A stretch of DNA of 64,000 nucleotides. It comes from an uncultured Pseudohongiella sp. Its GTDB lineage: Bacteria; Pseudomonadota; Gammaproteobacteria; Pseudomonadales; Pseudohongiellaceae. Within the stretch, counting starts at the first letter, position 1, and the number at the start of each line of letters is the position of its first letter. Made by a program: the position numbers and the translations under genes. Shown piece by piece: positions 11,443 through 21,497 of this stretch. Location of the stretch: contig CAZQFA010000011.1 of the NCBI GenBank assembly GCA_964592245.1, positions 2,353 through 66,352 on the forward strand. Reading direction: 5' to 3'. The notes beneath the pieces are model-generated. The model had not been told where the DNA came from and searched no databases. It worked only from the letters and a program-made list of their open reading frames with translations.

Positions 11443-14181
11443 ATGGCGAAGATCATTGTTGACGGGGTCGAGTACGAAGTAAACCCTGATAACAATCTGC
11501 TACAAGAATGCTTGTCGCAGGGCCTCGATTTGCCTTATTTCTGCTGGCATCCCTGTATGGGTTCCGTCGGTGCCTGTCGTCAGTGCGCGGTGAAACAGTA
11601 TAAAGACGCGGACGATGAGAAAGGCATGCTGGTCATGGCCTGTATGACGCCCGCCGCCGATGGCAGCATTCTCTCTATCAAGGATACGCAGGCGCGACAG
11701 ATGCGCGAGCGAGTAATCGAAAGTCTGATGACCAATCACCCTCATGACTGTCCGGTCTGTGAGGAGGGCGGTGAATGTCATTTGCAGGACATGACCCTGA
11801 TGTCCGGCCATAACTATCGGCGTTATGACAAGAAAAAGCGCACGCACACCAATCAGTATCTCGGACCTTTTATCAGCCATGAGATGAACCGTTGTATCGC
11901 CTGTTATCGCTGTGTCCGCTACTACGATGACTATGCCGGCGGTACGGATTTGGCGGCGCAAGCCTCCCATCATCATGTCTATTTCGGTCGCCACGAAGAA
12001 GGCGTATTGGAAAGCGAGTTTTCCGGCAACCTTGTAGAGGTTTGCCCTACCGGGGTCTTCACAGACAAAGTATTCAGTGAGCACTACTCACGCAAGTGGG
12101 ATCTGCAAACAGCGCCCAGTATCTGCACAGGCTGCGCCGTCGGTTGCAATACCACGCCGGGCGAGCGCTATGGTCAATTGCGCCGCATCGTTAATCGCTA
12201 CAACAGTCATATCAATGGCTACTTCCTCTGCGATCGCGGGCGCTTCGGGTTTGAATACGTGAACAGTGAGCAGCGCTTGACGACGCCGGTGCAGCAATCA
12301 TCGACTGGTGAATCGCAGCCCATTGCGTCAGAAGATCTGGCGGCAGTAGTACAGCAGTTCACTGGTGAAGGCGTGATCGGTATCGGTTCGCCGAGAGCCA
12401 GTAATGAAGCCAACTATGCGCTGCATCGCCTCGTCGGCGCTGAACATTTTTACAGTGGCGTCGCTGATGCTGAAAACAGTTGTAATCATTTGCTGCTGGA
12501 GCTGGCACGGGATGCTGCTTTTACCACACCAGATATCCGGGCGATCGAGCAAGCCGATGCCATATTGCTGTTGGGCGAGGATGTGACCAATACCGCGCCG
12601 CGTATTGCCTTGGCATTGCGGCAAGCGGTTCGCAACAAAGCGCGGGAGCTGGCCAGTGCCCAGAATATTCCGCAATGGCAGGATGCGGCGGTGCGTGAAT
12701 TGGCACAGCATGATCGCAGCCCGCTGAGTATCGTCAGTAGCTATGCCACGCGTCTGGATGACGTGGCCACCGACAGCTTTATTGCTTCACTGCACGAACA
12801 GACACAATTGGGCAATCTCATCGCCAACAAGCTGGATAGCAACGCACCCGACGGAGCCGATGACCAGTCCGATGAAATGGCAGCGCTGGCGGAGAAAATT
12901 GCCGCGCAACTGGCTGCTGCGAAGTCGCCCCTGATCATCGTCGGTAGCAGCAATGGCAAGAAAGCGTTAATCGAAGCTGGCGCCAATGTGGCCAGGGCGT
13001 TACATCACAAGACCGACAAGCCAGTGGCTCTGTGTGGCGTAATGCCGGAAGTCAACAGCATGGGACTGACGTTGCTGGCAGAGGAAACACAGTCCCTGGG
13101 TGCAGCGCTGGATGCGCTGGCTACAGGAAAAGCGAAGAAAGTTATCGTCCTGGAGAATGACCTTTACCGGCGCGCCGGCAAGGCAGAGGTTGAGGCAGCA
13201 TTGAGCGCTGCTGAAGCCAGTCTGGTGCTGGATGTATTGCCAAGCAACACGACGACGAAAGCCAGTGTTGTCCTGCCGGTCACTACATTCTCGGAACAGG
13301 AATCCACTTACGTCAACTATGAGGGCAGAGCGCAACTGTCCTATCAGGTGCACCGCAATCACAGTACCGCGCAACCGGCCTGGCGTTGGTTGACTGACGC
13401 TGCCGTTAACAAGATTGATGAATTGGTGGCGCTCTGTGCGAGTGACTTGCAGCAATTTGCGGATCTGGGACACGTGCTACCCGATGTCGGGCAGTTTATC
13501 GGCGGCATGAAGATTCCCCGGCAGTCACACCGCTACAGCGGTCGCACGGCGATGAAAGCCAATGTGAATGTGCACGAGCCCAAGCAGGCTGTTGATGAGC
13601 AATCCGTGCTGGCCTTCTCTATGGAAGGTATTCCCTCGCAGAAAAATGCCACCGTGCTGGGTGCTGCCTGGTCTCCGGGCTGGAACTCCAATCAGGCCAT
13701 TAGCAAATTCCAGGAAGAGGTAAATGGCGAACTCAAGCAGGGCGATACCGGTACGCAACTGATCCATCGTCAGGGCGAGTCAGGCGGTTATTTTCCTCCG
13801 CAGACTGAAAAGGCGTCGCAAACAGGGGCATTGGAGTTAGCGCAAGCGTTCCAGATTTTTGGCAGCGACGAGCTCAGTGCGCAAAGTGATGCCATACAGC
13901 AGCGTATGACCAGTCCTTATATCAGCGTGTCGCCAGATGATGCCGAGCGCTTGCAACTCAAGCAGGGGGATCAGGTCAGTGTTAGCGGCAACGGCGCTAT
14001 TGCCACAGTTTGCATTCGCAAGAAGATGAAGACTGGTACAGCGGCCCTGTACGTTGGCGACAATGCCATCAACTGGCACGACATGCCGGCAACTGTGGCT
14101 TTAAAGACGGTCACTGACGCGCCGGGCGGCCGGGGTGTACGCGGGTTGATTGTCAGTGACTATTACGAGGAAGGATACTGA
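11443..14181 (+). CDS. nuoG: NADH-quinone oxidoreductase subunit G
   Basis: The ORF track opens at 11365 inside nuoF. The first ATG (MAKIIVDGVEYEV, preceded by GGAG) gives about 912 aa. Fe-S motifs CWHPCMGSVGACRQC, HDCPVCEEGGECHLQ, RCIACYRCVR. Confidence 0.94.
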   Translation: MAKIIVDGVEYEVNPDNNLLQECLSQGLDLPYFCWHPCMGSVGACRQCAVKQYKDADDEKGMLVMACMTPAADGSILSIKDTQARQMRERVIESLMTNHPHDCPVCEEGGECHLQDMTLMSGHNYRRYDKKKRTHTNQYLGPFISHEMNRCIACYRCVRYYDDYAGGTDLAAQASHHHVYFGRHEEGVLESEFSGNLVEVCPTGVFTDKVFSEHYSRKWDLQTAPSICTGCAVGCNTTPGERYGQLRRIVNRYNSHINGYFLCDRGRFGFEYVNSEQRLTTPVQQSSTGESQPIASEDLAAVVQQFTGEGVIGIGSPRASNEANYALHRLVGAEHFYSGVADAENSCNHLLLELARDAAFTTPDIRAIEQADAILLLGEDVTNTAPRIALALRQAVRNKARELASAQNIPQWQDAAVRELAQHDRSPLSIVSSYATRLDDVATDSFIASLHEQTQLGNLIANKLDSNAPDGADDQSDEMAALAEKIAAQLAAAKSPLIIVGSSNGKKALIEAGANVARALHHKTDKPVALCGVMPEVNSMGLTLLAEETQSLGAALDALATGKAKKVIVLENDLYRRAGKAEVEAALSAAEASLVLDVLPSNTTTKASVVLPVTTFSEQESTYVNYEGRAQLSYQVHRNHSTAQPAWRWLTDAAVNKIDELVALCASDLQQFADLGHVLPDVGQFIGGMKIPRQSHRYSGRTAMKANVNVHEPKQAVDEQSVLAFSMEGIPSQKNATVLGAAWSPGWNSNQAISKFQEEVNGELKQGDTGTQLIHRQGESGGYFPPQTEKASQTGALELAQAFQIFGSDELSAQSDAIQQRMTSPYISVSPDDAERLQLKQGDQVSVSGNGAIATVCIRKKMKTGTAALYVGDNAINWHDMPATVALKTVTDAPGGRGVRGLIVSDYYEEGY

Positions 14182-14190
14182 GGTAAGTCG

Positions 14191-15141
14191 ATGCAAGTCG
14201 GATCACCACTAACCATAGGACTCATACTCGGCACCGTCATCGGTGTTGCAGCGATGCTGATTTGGGTAGAGCGACGCCTGCTCGGATTATGGCAGGAGCG
14301 CCTGGGCCCGAACCGGGTCGGGCCATTGGGTCTGTTCCAGGTGGTTGCAGACATGATCAAGATCTTTACCAAGGAAGACTGGACGCCACCCTTTGCCGAC
14401 AAGTTCAGTTTCGTGCTGGCGCCGGCCATCATCATGACGGTGATACTGCTTAGTTTTGCCGTTGTGCCGTTCTCGCCGAACCTCGGCATTGTTGATTCCA
14501 ATATTGGTGTGCTGTTTGTGCTGGCAATGGCCTCATTGGGTGCCTACAGCGTCATGCTGGGCGGTCTGTCTTCGGACAACAAATATGCCTTGCTCGGCAG
14601 TCTGCGCGCTGCCGCTCAAATGGTCAGCTATGAAGTGTTTATGGGCGTCTCATTGCTTGGGGTAGTTGCCTTGTCAGGCAGCTTTAACTTGCGCGAGATA
14701 GTCGCGGCCCAGGAAGGTATGTGGTTTGTAGTACCGCAGTTCATTGGCTTTGTGATCTTCCTGATTGCCGGTGTGGCCGAGAGTCACCGCTTGCCTTTTG
14801 ATATTCCCGAAGCGGAACAGGAGATTTGCGCGGGCTATCACACTGAGTATTCCGGGATGAAATTCGGCATGTTCTTTGTCGGAGAGTATCTGGGGCTGGT
14901 GTTGATTTCCTCGCTCATTACCATTTTATTCTTCGGTGGTTGGCACGGCCCGGCATTCCTGCCGCCGGTGATCTGGTTCGCCGCCAAGGCCGGCGTCTTT
15001 ATTGCCTTTTTTATTTTGTTGCGGGCAGCGATACCACGTCCGCGCTATGACCAGCTTATGAGTTACGGCTGGTTGTTCCTGTTGCCGCTGTCGCTGCTTA
15101 ATCTGCTGGTGACTGGCGCCATTATTTTGAGTTCACAGTGA
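14191..15141 (+). CDS. nuoH: NADH-quinone oxidoreductase subunit H
   Basis: 316-aa polytopic membrane protein with [19 protein letters not shown] and [16 protein letters not shown]. Confidence 0.95.
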   Translation: MQVGSPLTIGLILGTVIGVAAMLIWVERRLLGLWQERLGPNRVGPLGLFQVVADMIKIFTKEDWTPPFADKFSFVLAPAIIMTVILLSFAVVPFSPNLGIVDSNIGVLFVLAMASLGAYSVMLGGLSSDNKYALLGSLRAAAQMVSYEVFMGVSLLGVVALSGSFNLREIVAAQEGMWFVVPQFIGFVIFLIAGVAESHRLPFDIPEAEQEICAGYHTEYSGMKFGMFFVGEYLGLVLISSLITILFFGGWHGPAFLPPVIWFAAKAGVFIAFFILLRAAIPRPRYDQLMSYGWLFLLPLSLLNLLVTGAIILSSQ

Positions 15142-15169
15142 ATAAACGAATACAGTTATTGATAACGCT

Positions 15170-15709
15170 ATGTTTAAGCTAATCAAAGACACATTGCTAA
15201 GTCAGGTCGTCACTCTCTGGACGGTATTCCGGCATTTGTTTGTCAAAGCCGACACCGTGGAATATCCCGACGAGCAACCTTACATGTTCCCGCGCTGGCG
15301 CGGGCGGATTATCTTGAGCCGTGATCCCGATGGTGAAGAGCGTTGTGTCGCCTGCAATCTTTGCGCCGTCGCTTGTCCCGTAGATTGCATCGCCTTGCAG
15401 AAAGCGGAGAAAGACGATGGTCGCTGGTATCCGGAGTTTTTCCGCATCAATTTCAGTCGCTGCATCATGTGTGGTTTCTGCGAGGAAGCCTGCCCCACGC
15501 ATGCTATACAGCTGACACCGGATTTCGAGATGGCCGAGTACAAGCGGCAGGATATGGTGTGGGAAAAGAAAGATTTGTTGATTGACGGTACTGGCAAATA
15601 CCACGATTACAATTTCTACCGCGTGGCCGGCATGTCTATCAGCGGCAAAGACAAAGGTGAAGCATTGAATGAGGCCAAGCCAATCGATGTCAGGAGTCTG
15701 CTGCCATGA
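15170..15709 (+). CDS. nuoI: NADH-quinone oxidoreductase subunit I
   Basis: 179 aa with two 4Fe-4S ferredoxin motifs, [12 protein letters not shown] and [12 protein letters not shown]. Confidence 0.96.
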   Translation: MFKLIKDTLLSQVVTLWTVFRHLFVKADTVEYPDEQPYMFPRWRGRIILSRDPDGEERCVACNLCAVACPVDCIALQKAEKDDGRWYPEFFRINFSRCIMCGFCEEACPTHAIQLTPDFEMAEYKRQDMVWEKKDLLIDGTGKYHDYNFYRVAGMSISGKDKGEALNEAKPIDVRSLLP

Positions 15710-16188
15710 CTGTATTGTTTTATCTGGCCTCGGCAATCGCCATTATTTCCACGCTCTGCGTTATCGTGCAAACAAACATTGTACACGCGTTGATTTATCT
15801 CATTCTGTCGCTGCTGGCTGTGGCAGTGATCTTTTATGTGCTGGGCGCGCCTTTTGCGGCAGTGCTCGAGGCTATCGTATACGCCGGAGCCATCATGGTG
15901 CTGTTCCTGTTTGTCATCATGATGCTCAACCTCGGCCAACACAGTCGTGATCAGGAAAAGGCGTGGCTGAGTGCGAAAGGGTGGTTGGCGCCAGGTGTTA
16001 TGGCGGGGCTATTACTCGTGCAACTGATCAGCGTTTTCCAGCAAGTCGGGCAACCTCTGGATACACAACGCATCGATGTGCTGGAGGTCAGCGCTTTGTT
16101 GTTTGGTCCTTATGTCTTGGCTGTAGAGCTGGCTTCGATCCTGTTGTTGGCGGGACTCGTGTCCGCCTACCACTTGGCGAAGAAATAG
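15706..16188 (+). CDS. nuoJ: NADH-quinone oxidoreductase subunit J
   Basis: 160-aa hydrophobic protein. ATGA overlap with nuoI. Positional and compositional match to NuoJ. Confidence 0.9.
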   Translation: MTVLFYLASAIAIISTLCVIVQTNIVHALIYLILSLLAVAVIFYVLGAPFAAVLEAIVYAGAIMVLFLFVIMMLNLGQHSRDQEKAWLSAKGWLAPGVMAGLLLVQLISVFQQVGQPLDTQRIDVLEVSALLFGPYVLAVELASILLLAGLVSAYHLAKK

Positions 16189-16224
16189 AAGAAATAGAAG
16201 AAATAGAAGTAACAGAAAAAATAA
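16180..16224 (+). repeat. 9-bp tandem repeat at the nuoJ stop: AAGAAATAG x3 plus two degenerate units (AAGTAACAG, AAAAAATAA)
   Basis: Read directly. The first unit contains the last two nuoJ codons and its TAG stop. The units stay in frame, so stops recur (TAG, TAG, TAG, TAA). Confidence 0.85.
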
Positions 16225-16286
16225 AGGAGCGGTGAAAGCCAGGCAATGAAACACCGTGATGAAAAAGAAAAAGTGACAAGAGAACC

Positions 16287-16595
16287 ATGAGCCCTATACC
16301 GTTTGAACATGCATTGATTGTCGCCGGCATTCTCTTTTGTCTGGGAATAGTCGGTGTGCTGACGCGCCGCAATATCGTTTTTGTATTGATGTCTCTCGAG
16401 GTCATGCTGAATGCCTGCGGTCTGGCGTTCATAGTCGGTTCGGCGCGCTGGGCCAATGCCGACGGTCAGGTCATGTTTCTGATGATCCTGACTCTGGCTG
16501 CGGCTGAAGTGGCGGTCGGGCTGGGGCTCATCATTCAAATCTATCGTCGATTCCACACCGTGGATATCAACGTGTTAAGCCAGATGAAGGGGTAG
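16287..16595 (+). CDS. nuoK: NADH-quinone oxidoreductase subunit K
   Basis: 102 aa, three TM helices, motif [15 protein letters not shown]. Confidence 0.94.
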   Translation: MSPIPFEHALIVAGILFCLGIVGVLTRRNIVFVLMSLEVMLNACGLAFIVGSARWANADGQVMFLMILTLAAAEVAVGLGLIIQIYRRFHTVDINVLSQMKG

Positions 16596-16605
16596 GGAAG
16601 AGACG

Positions 16606-18456
16606 ATGCTCGACTGGATCTGGCTACTACCCACATTTCCGCTACTCGGCTTCCTGTTGCTGGTACTGAGTGCCGGTCAATTGCCGAAAAAGCTGGTGGC
16701 AGTAATTGGTGCTGGTTCTATTGGTCTGTCCTTCCTTGTCGCGGCGCTGGCAGCGGTCGAATTTTTGGGCAGCGGCGAAGAAAGCTTCAGCATTACGGCC
16801 TGGACGTGGATGGCAGTAGGGCAGTTTACGCCCGGTTTCACCTTGTATCTGGATGGTCTTTCCATGGTGATGATGCTCATCATTACCGGCGTTGGCTTCC
16901 TGATCCATCTGTATTCCACTGGTTTCATGATTGACGATCCCAGCTACAGTCGCTTTTTCTCCTACATGAACCTGTTCGTGGCCTCCATGCTGATGCTGGT
17001 ATTGGCGGACAATCTGGTGCTGTTATATCTGGGTTGGGAAGGGGTCGGGCTGTGCAGCTATCTGCTGATTGGCTTCTGGTATGACAATCCGGCGAACGGC
17101 GCCGCAGCACGCAAGGCGTTTGTTGTCACTCGGGTGGGTGATACCTCAATGGCGTTGGGGCTGTTCCTGTTGTTTGCCCAGCTGGGCACATTGAATATTC
17201 AGGAGATGCTGGGCGCAGCAGAGGCGAGTTGGCCCACAGGCTCCGGTTACGCCATCGCAGCAGCATTGTTATTGTTGGGCGGTGCGGTGGGCAAGTCGGC
17301 GCAATTGCCATTACAAACCTGGCTGCCTGATGCCATGGCAGGTCCGACACCGATCAGCGCATTGATCCATGCGGCGACCATGGTAACTGCCGGTGTCTAT
17401 TTGATAGCCCGTACTCACATACTGTTTGAGCTGGCACCTTCGGTACAGCTGCTGGTGGCCTGGATTGGTCTGGCCACACTGTTGATGGCAGGCTTTACAG
17501 CCATGACGCAACATGACATCAAGAGAATTCTGGCTTATTCCACCATTAGCCAGATCGGCTACATGTTTCTTGGTCTTGGTGTCGGTGCCTGGTCGGCGTC
17601 TATATTCCATTTGATGACACATGCGTTTTTCAAGGCGCTACTCTTCCTTGGCGCCGGTACGGTAATTCTCAGCCTGCATCATGAGCACGATATTTTTAAA
17701 ATGGGCGGCAAGCGTAAACAGTTGCCCGTTGCCTTCTACTCTTTCCTTATCGGGTCGCTGGCGCTGGCGGCGTTTCCCTTTACTTCAGGATTCTTTAGCA
17801 AGGATGAGATCCTGCTGGGTGCTCTGGCAATGGAAGGGCCTGGCACCTGGCTTTGGCTTGGCGGTGTCGTTGGCGCATTCTTTACCGGGATTTACAGTTT
17901 CCGCCTGGTTTTCGTCGTCTTCTTCGGCAACAGTCAGGCTCACCATGATGACAAGGAAGTGGCTGGCTGGAACATGGCAGGCCCGCTGTTCATATTGATG
18001 GCGCTATCCTTGTTGGGAGGTCTTATTCACTTGCCGCTGGAGAGCGTGTTCCAGCATGGTGCCGAACAGGAAGAGCATCATGTCAGCGGCCTGATACACG
18101 GCATTATGATTGCCGTCCCGCTGCTCGGTATTGCTGTTGCCTATCTGTTCTATGGCGGTCGCCAGTTGTCAGCAGACAAACTCATGGCCAATCCGTTGGC
18201 GGCGGCCTTGCACAAGTTCTGGTTTAGCCACTGGGGAATGGACGCGCTCTACCATGGGCTGTTCGTCAAGCCGTTTACCTGGCTGGCACAACTCAACCGC
18301 GCCGATATCATTGATCAGGCGCTGGGGTTAGTGGTGGTGCTGAGCAGGACGGGTAATCGCCTGTTCGCCAACATGCAGAACGGCATGTTGCGCTGGTATG
18401 CCGCCTCTCTGATATTCGGACTGGTCTTTATCGTGACCCTGGGAGTCTTGCTGTGA
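16606..18456 (+). CDS. nuoL: NADH-quinone oxidoreductase subunit L
   Basis: 616-aa antiporter-like subunit with LGWEGVGLCSYLLIGFW, QLPLQTWLPDAMAGPTP and a long C-terminal amphipathic region. Confidence 0.95.
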   Translation: MLDWIWLLPTFPLLGFLLLVLSAGQLPKKLVAVIGAGSIGLSFLVAALAAVEFLGSGEESFSITAWTWMAVGQFTPGFTLYLDGLSMVMMLIITGVGFLIHLYSTGFMIDDPSYSRFFSYMNLFVASMLMLVLADNLVLLYLGWEGVGLCSYLLIGFWYDNPANGAAARKAFVVTRVGDTSMALGLFLLFAQLGTLNIQEMLGAAEASWPTGSGYAIAAALLLLGGAVGKSAQLPLQTWLPDAMAGPTPISALIHAATMVTAGVYLIARTHILFELAPSVQLLVAWIGLATLLMAGFTAMTQHDIKRILAYSTISQIGYMFLGLGVGAWSASIFHLMTHAFFKALLFLGAGTVILSLHHEHDIFKMGGKRKQLPVAFYSFLIGSLALAAFPFTSGFFSKDEILLGALAMEGPGTWLWLGGVVGAFFTGIYSFRLVFVVFFGNSQAHHDDKEVAGWNMAGPLFILMALSLLGGLIHLPLESVFQHGAEQEEHHVSGLIHGIMIAVPLLGIAVAYLFYGGRQLSADKLMANPLAAALHKFWFSHWGMDALYHGLFVKPFTWLAQLNRADIIDQALGLVVVLSRTGNRLFANMQNGMLRWYAASLIFGLVFIVTLGVLL

Positions 18457-19949
18457 CGCTGGTACTCCTGATAGCCATACTCTTCATCGGTGGCCTGCTG
18501 GCCTGGTTATCCGAATTCATCGATTCGCAGTTACCGCGATTGGTAGCGCTCATCACCGTAATCTGTGAATTACTGGTCATGTTATTACTGTTAGGCGCGC
18601 AGGGTGATGGCGTCTGGCTTGCCAGTTTCAGCGCCGACTGGATTCCCCGCTTCGGTATCGGTTTCTATCTGGCCATCGACGGACTGAGTCTGTTGCTGGT
18701 GCTGTTGACCGGTTTCCTCGGCATCATTGCTATTGGTTCGGCGTGGGATGAAATTACCGAACGTACGGGCTTCTTCTACTTCAATCTGTTGTGGACACTG
18801 GCTGGTGTCGTCGGCGTCTTTACCGCGCTCGATCTGTTCCTGTTCTTCTTCTTCTGGGAAGTGATGCTGATTCCCATGTACCTCATCATCGCTATCTGGG
18901 GTCACGAGAACAAACAGTACGCTGCCATGAAGTTCTTTATTTTCACCCAGGTATCCGGTCTGTTGATGCTGATTGCCATACTGGCCATGGCTTACCTGCA
19001 CTATCTGCAATTCGATGCCTTCAGCTTCCGCTATGAGGATCTGCTGGCCGTTGATGTCAGCGGTGATCTTGCCTACTGGCTGATGCTCGGTTTCTTTGTG
19101 GGCTTCGCCACCAAACTGCCCAGTGTGCCATTTCATTCCTGGTTGCCGGATGCGCATAGCCAGGCGCCGACGGCTGGCAGTGTGATACTGGCCGGCATTT
19201 TGCTGAAGACTGGTGCCTACGGATTGATTCGCTTCACGGTACCGCTGTTTCCAGAGGCGGCCATGGAATTTGCACCCGTGGCAATGACGCTGGCCGCTAT
19301 CAGCATTCTCTATTGTGCCAAGGTAGCCTTCGCCCAGGATGACCTGAAACGTCTGATTGCCTACACCAGTGTCAGCCATATGGGCTTTGTCACACTGGGT
19401 GTGTTTGCCTGGAATGAGCAGGCGCTGCAGGGTGCCGTGATGACCATGCTGGCGCATGGTCTAAGCGCTGCCGCCTTGTTTATGCTTGCCGGTGGCTTAC
19501 AACATCGCATACACACGCGCAGCATGGCGGCGATGGGTGGTTTCTGGTCGCAGGTACCAAGGATGAGTGTCGTGGCGCTATTTTTCTCTATTGCTGCGCT
19601 TGGTATGCCCGGATTGGGCAATTTTATCGGCGAGTTTCTTGCCTTATTGGGTGCCTTCCAGGCCAATATCACACTGACTGCAATCTCTGCGCTTGGTCTT
19701 GTGCTGGCGTCGGTGTATTCGCTCTGGGTTATCCAAAAAGTGTTTCATGGCGCGTTTTCGGGTGACAGCGATCAACAATCGCATCTTGTCGACCTGAATC
19801 GCCGGGAGATGATTTATTTTGCGCTCATGATGATCGGCCTGATCTGGATGGGGCTCTATCCACAATCATTCCTGTCACTGTCCGAGCCAGTGCTGGGGGC
19901 ATTGTTGTCCTCATCAAATGAATTGCTGTCTGCAGTGGGTGGGGGTTAG
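18453..19949 (+). CDS. nuoM: NADH-quinone oxidoreductase subunit M
   Basis: 498-aa antiporter-like subunit with FHSWLPDAHSQAPTAGSV. GTG overlaps the nuoL TGA. Confidence 0.94.
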   Translation: MTLVLLIAILFIGGLLAWLSEFIDSQLPRLVALITVICELLVMLLLLGAQGDGVWLASFSADWIPRFGIGFYLAIDGLSLLLVLLTGFLGIIAIGSAWDEITERTGFFYFNLLWTLAGVVGVFTALDLFLFFFFWEVMLIPMYLIIAIWGHENKQYAAMKFFIFTQVSGLLMLIAILAMAYLHYLQFDAFSFRYEDLLAVDVSGDLAYWLMLGFFVGFATKLPSVPFHSWLPDAHSQAPTAGSVILAGILLKTGAYGLIRFTVPLFPEAAMEFAPVAMTLAAISILYCAKVAFAQDDLKRLIAYTSVSHMGFVTLGVFAWNEQALQGAVMTMLAHGLSAAALFMLAGGLQHRIHTRSMAAMGGFWSQVPRMSVVALFFSIAALGMPGLGNFIGEFLALLGAFQANITLTAISALGLVLASVYSLWVIQKVFHGAFSGDSDQQSHLVDLNRREMIYFALMMIGLIWMGLYPQSFLSLSEPVLGALLSSSNELLSAVGGG

Positions 19950-19951
19950 CC

Positions 19952-21424
19952 ATGACGATTAGCTGGGCAGACCTGATACCCTTGTTACCGATACTGATTG
20001 CCACCGGTACGGTGGTGATCGCCATGCTTGCTGTTGGCATAAAAAGACATCACGCCGTAACTGCTGGCCTGACTATGACAGGCCTGATCATCGCGGCCAT
20101 TGCGGCGTTGCTTCTGCTGCCAACAACCAACAGTCAGGTGACGCCACTATTGATCATTGATCAATACAGCCTGTTCTTCTCGCTGGTGGTCTGTCTGGCA
20201 GCGCTGTTTATTGCCATATTCAGTTTTCCTTATCTGTTCACGCTGGGGGATCACAAGGAAGAGTTTTATCTCTTGTTGGGCTTGGCGACCATCGGCGCGC
20301 TGGTGATGGTGAGCAGCAATCACTTCGTGAGCCTGCTGTTAGGGCTGGAAACCCTGAGCATGGCACTGTACGGCATGATCGCCTATCCCTTGCATTGCAA
20401 AGAGGTAAGCAAGTATCCACTGGAGGCGGCAGTGAAGTACCTGGTACTGTCGGCAGCCGCTTCCGCCATCATGCTGTTCGGTATGGCTTTGCTGTATGCA
20501 CATACCGGTTCACTGACCTTTACCGAGTTGGCGCAAGGGCCGGTGACTGCAGCTGCCGATTCGGCGCAGTGGCTGGCGAGCACTGGCGTGTTGTTCCTGT
20601 TGGCTGGCATTGCCTTCAAGTTGTCTCTGGCGCCATTCCATCTGTGGACGCCGGATGTCTATGAGGGTGCGCCGTTACCGGCAACGGCTTATCTGGCAAC
20701 CATTGGCAAGGCAGCCATGTTTATTGCTCTGGTACGTTTTATCGAGATCAGCGGGGCTTTGACTCTGGGTGCTGTGCTGAGTGTTGTCGCTGTGCTGGCT
20801 GTGTTGTCCATGCTCATCGGCAATTTGCTGGCGCTGCTACAGGATAATCTGAAGCGTATTCTTGCTTATTCCTCCATTGCCCACATGGGTTATTTGCTGA
20901 TTGCTGTCGTGGCGAGTTATTTCGTCACTGGCACCTTGAGTGTCGAAGCCGTGAGTTTTTATCTCCTCGCCTATGTGATCATGACGCTGGGCGCCTTTGG
21001 TGTTGCCTCGGTAGTATCGTCCACAGAGAAAGAGTTCGATGTGATCCACGACTACCGTGGCCTGTTCTGGCGGCAACCCTGGCTGGCGGCCATCTTTACC
21101 GCGATGCTGTTGTCATTGGCAGGTATACCGCTGACGGTCGGCTTCATCGGTAAATTCTATATCTTTATGGCCGGCGTCGAATCCGGGCTCTGGTTGCTGT
21201 TGTTCACACTGGTCATCGGTAGTGGTATTGGCCTTTATTATTATCTGCGTATTGTGTATCGCATGTTGATGCCCGTAAAAGACCATGTTGCTTACCGCGA
21301 AGCTGGCATCGAGAGTCTCAGTGCCTACGGGGTGTTGGGTGTATTGTTCCTGATGTTGTTGCTGCTAGGTGTCTATCCGGCGCCGGTGATGACCCTGCTT
21401 GAGTCTGCAGCCGGGCTGTTCTAA
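19952..21424 (+). CDS. nuoN: NADH-quinone oxidoreductase subunit N
   Basis: 490-aa antiporter-like subunit with APFHLWTPDVYEGAP. Last gene of the operon. Confidence 0.94.
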   Translation: MTISWADLIPLLPILIATGTVVIAMLAVGIKRHHAVTAGLTMTGLIIAAIAALLLLPTTNSQVTPLLIIDQYSLFFSLVVCLAALFIAIFSFPYLFTLGDHKEEFYLLLGLATIGALVMVSSNHFVSLLLGLETLSMALYGMIAYPLHCKEVSKYPLEAAVKYLVLSAAASAIMLFGMALLYAHTGSLTFTELAQGPVTAAADSAQWLASTGVLFLLAGIAFKLSLAPFHLWTPDVYEGAPLPATAYLATIGKAAMFIALVRFIEISGALTLGAVLSVVAVLAVLSMLIGNLLALLQDNLKRILAYSSIAHMGYLLIAVVASYFVTGTLSVEAVSFYLLAYVIMTLGAFGVASVVSSTEKEFDVIHDYRGLFWRQPWLAAIFTAMLLSLAGIPLTVGFIGKFYIFMAGVESGLWLLLFTLVIGSGIGLYYYLRIVYRMLMPVKDHVAYREAGIESLSAYGVLGVLFLMLLLLGVYPAPVMTLLESAAGLF

Positions 21425-21497
21425 TCTGTTGTCTCGTTCCTTCTCAATCATGTAATGATGTCTGCCGCTAAAGCAGCCCTGGATTCCTTCTGGAGGC

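Noticed and set aside
16180-16224. Whether the short tandem repeats (here and at 23951-23989) are a CRISPR array or mobile-element ends.
   Set aside because: The units are 9 and 13 bp, directly abutting without spacers, with only 3-5 copies. No cas, transposase or integrase genes appear anywhere in the window.
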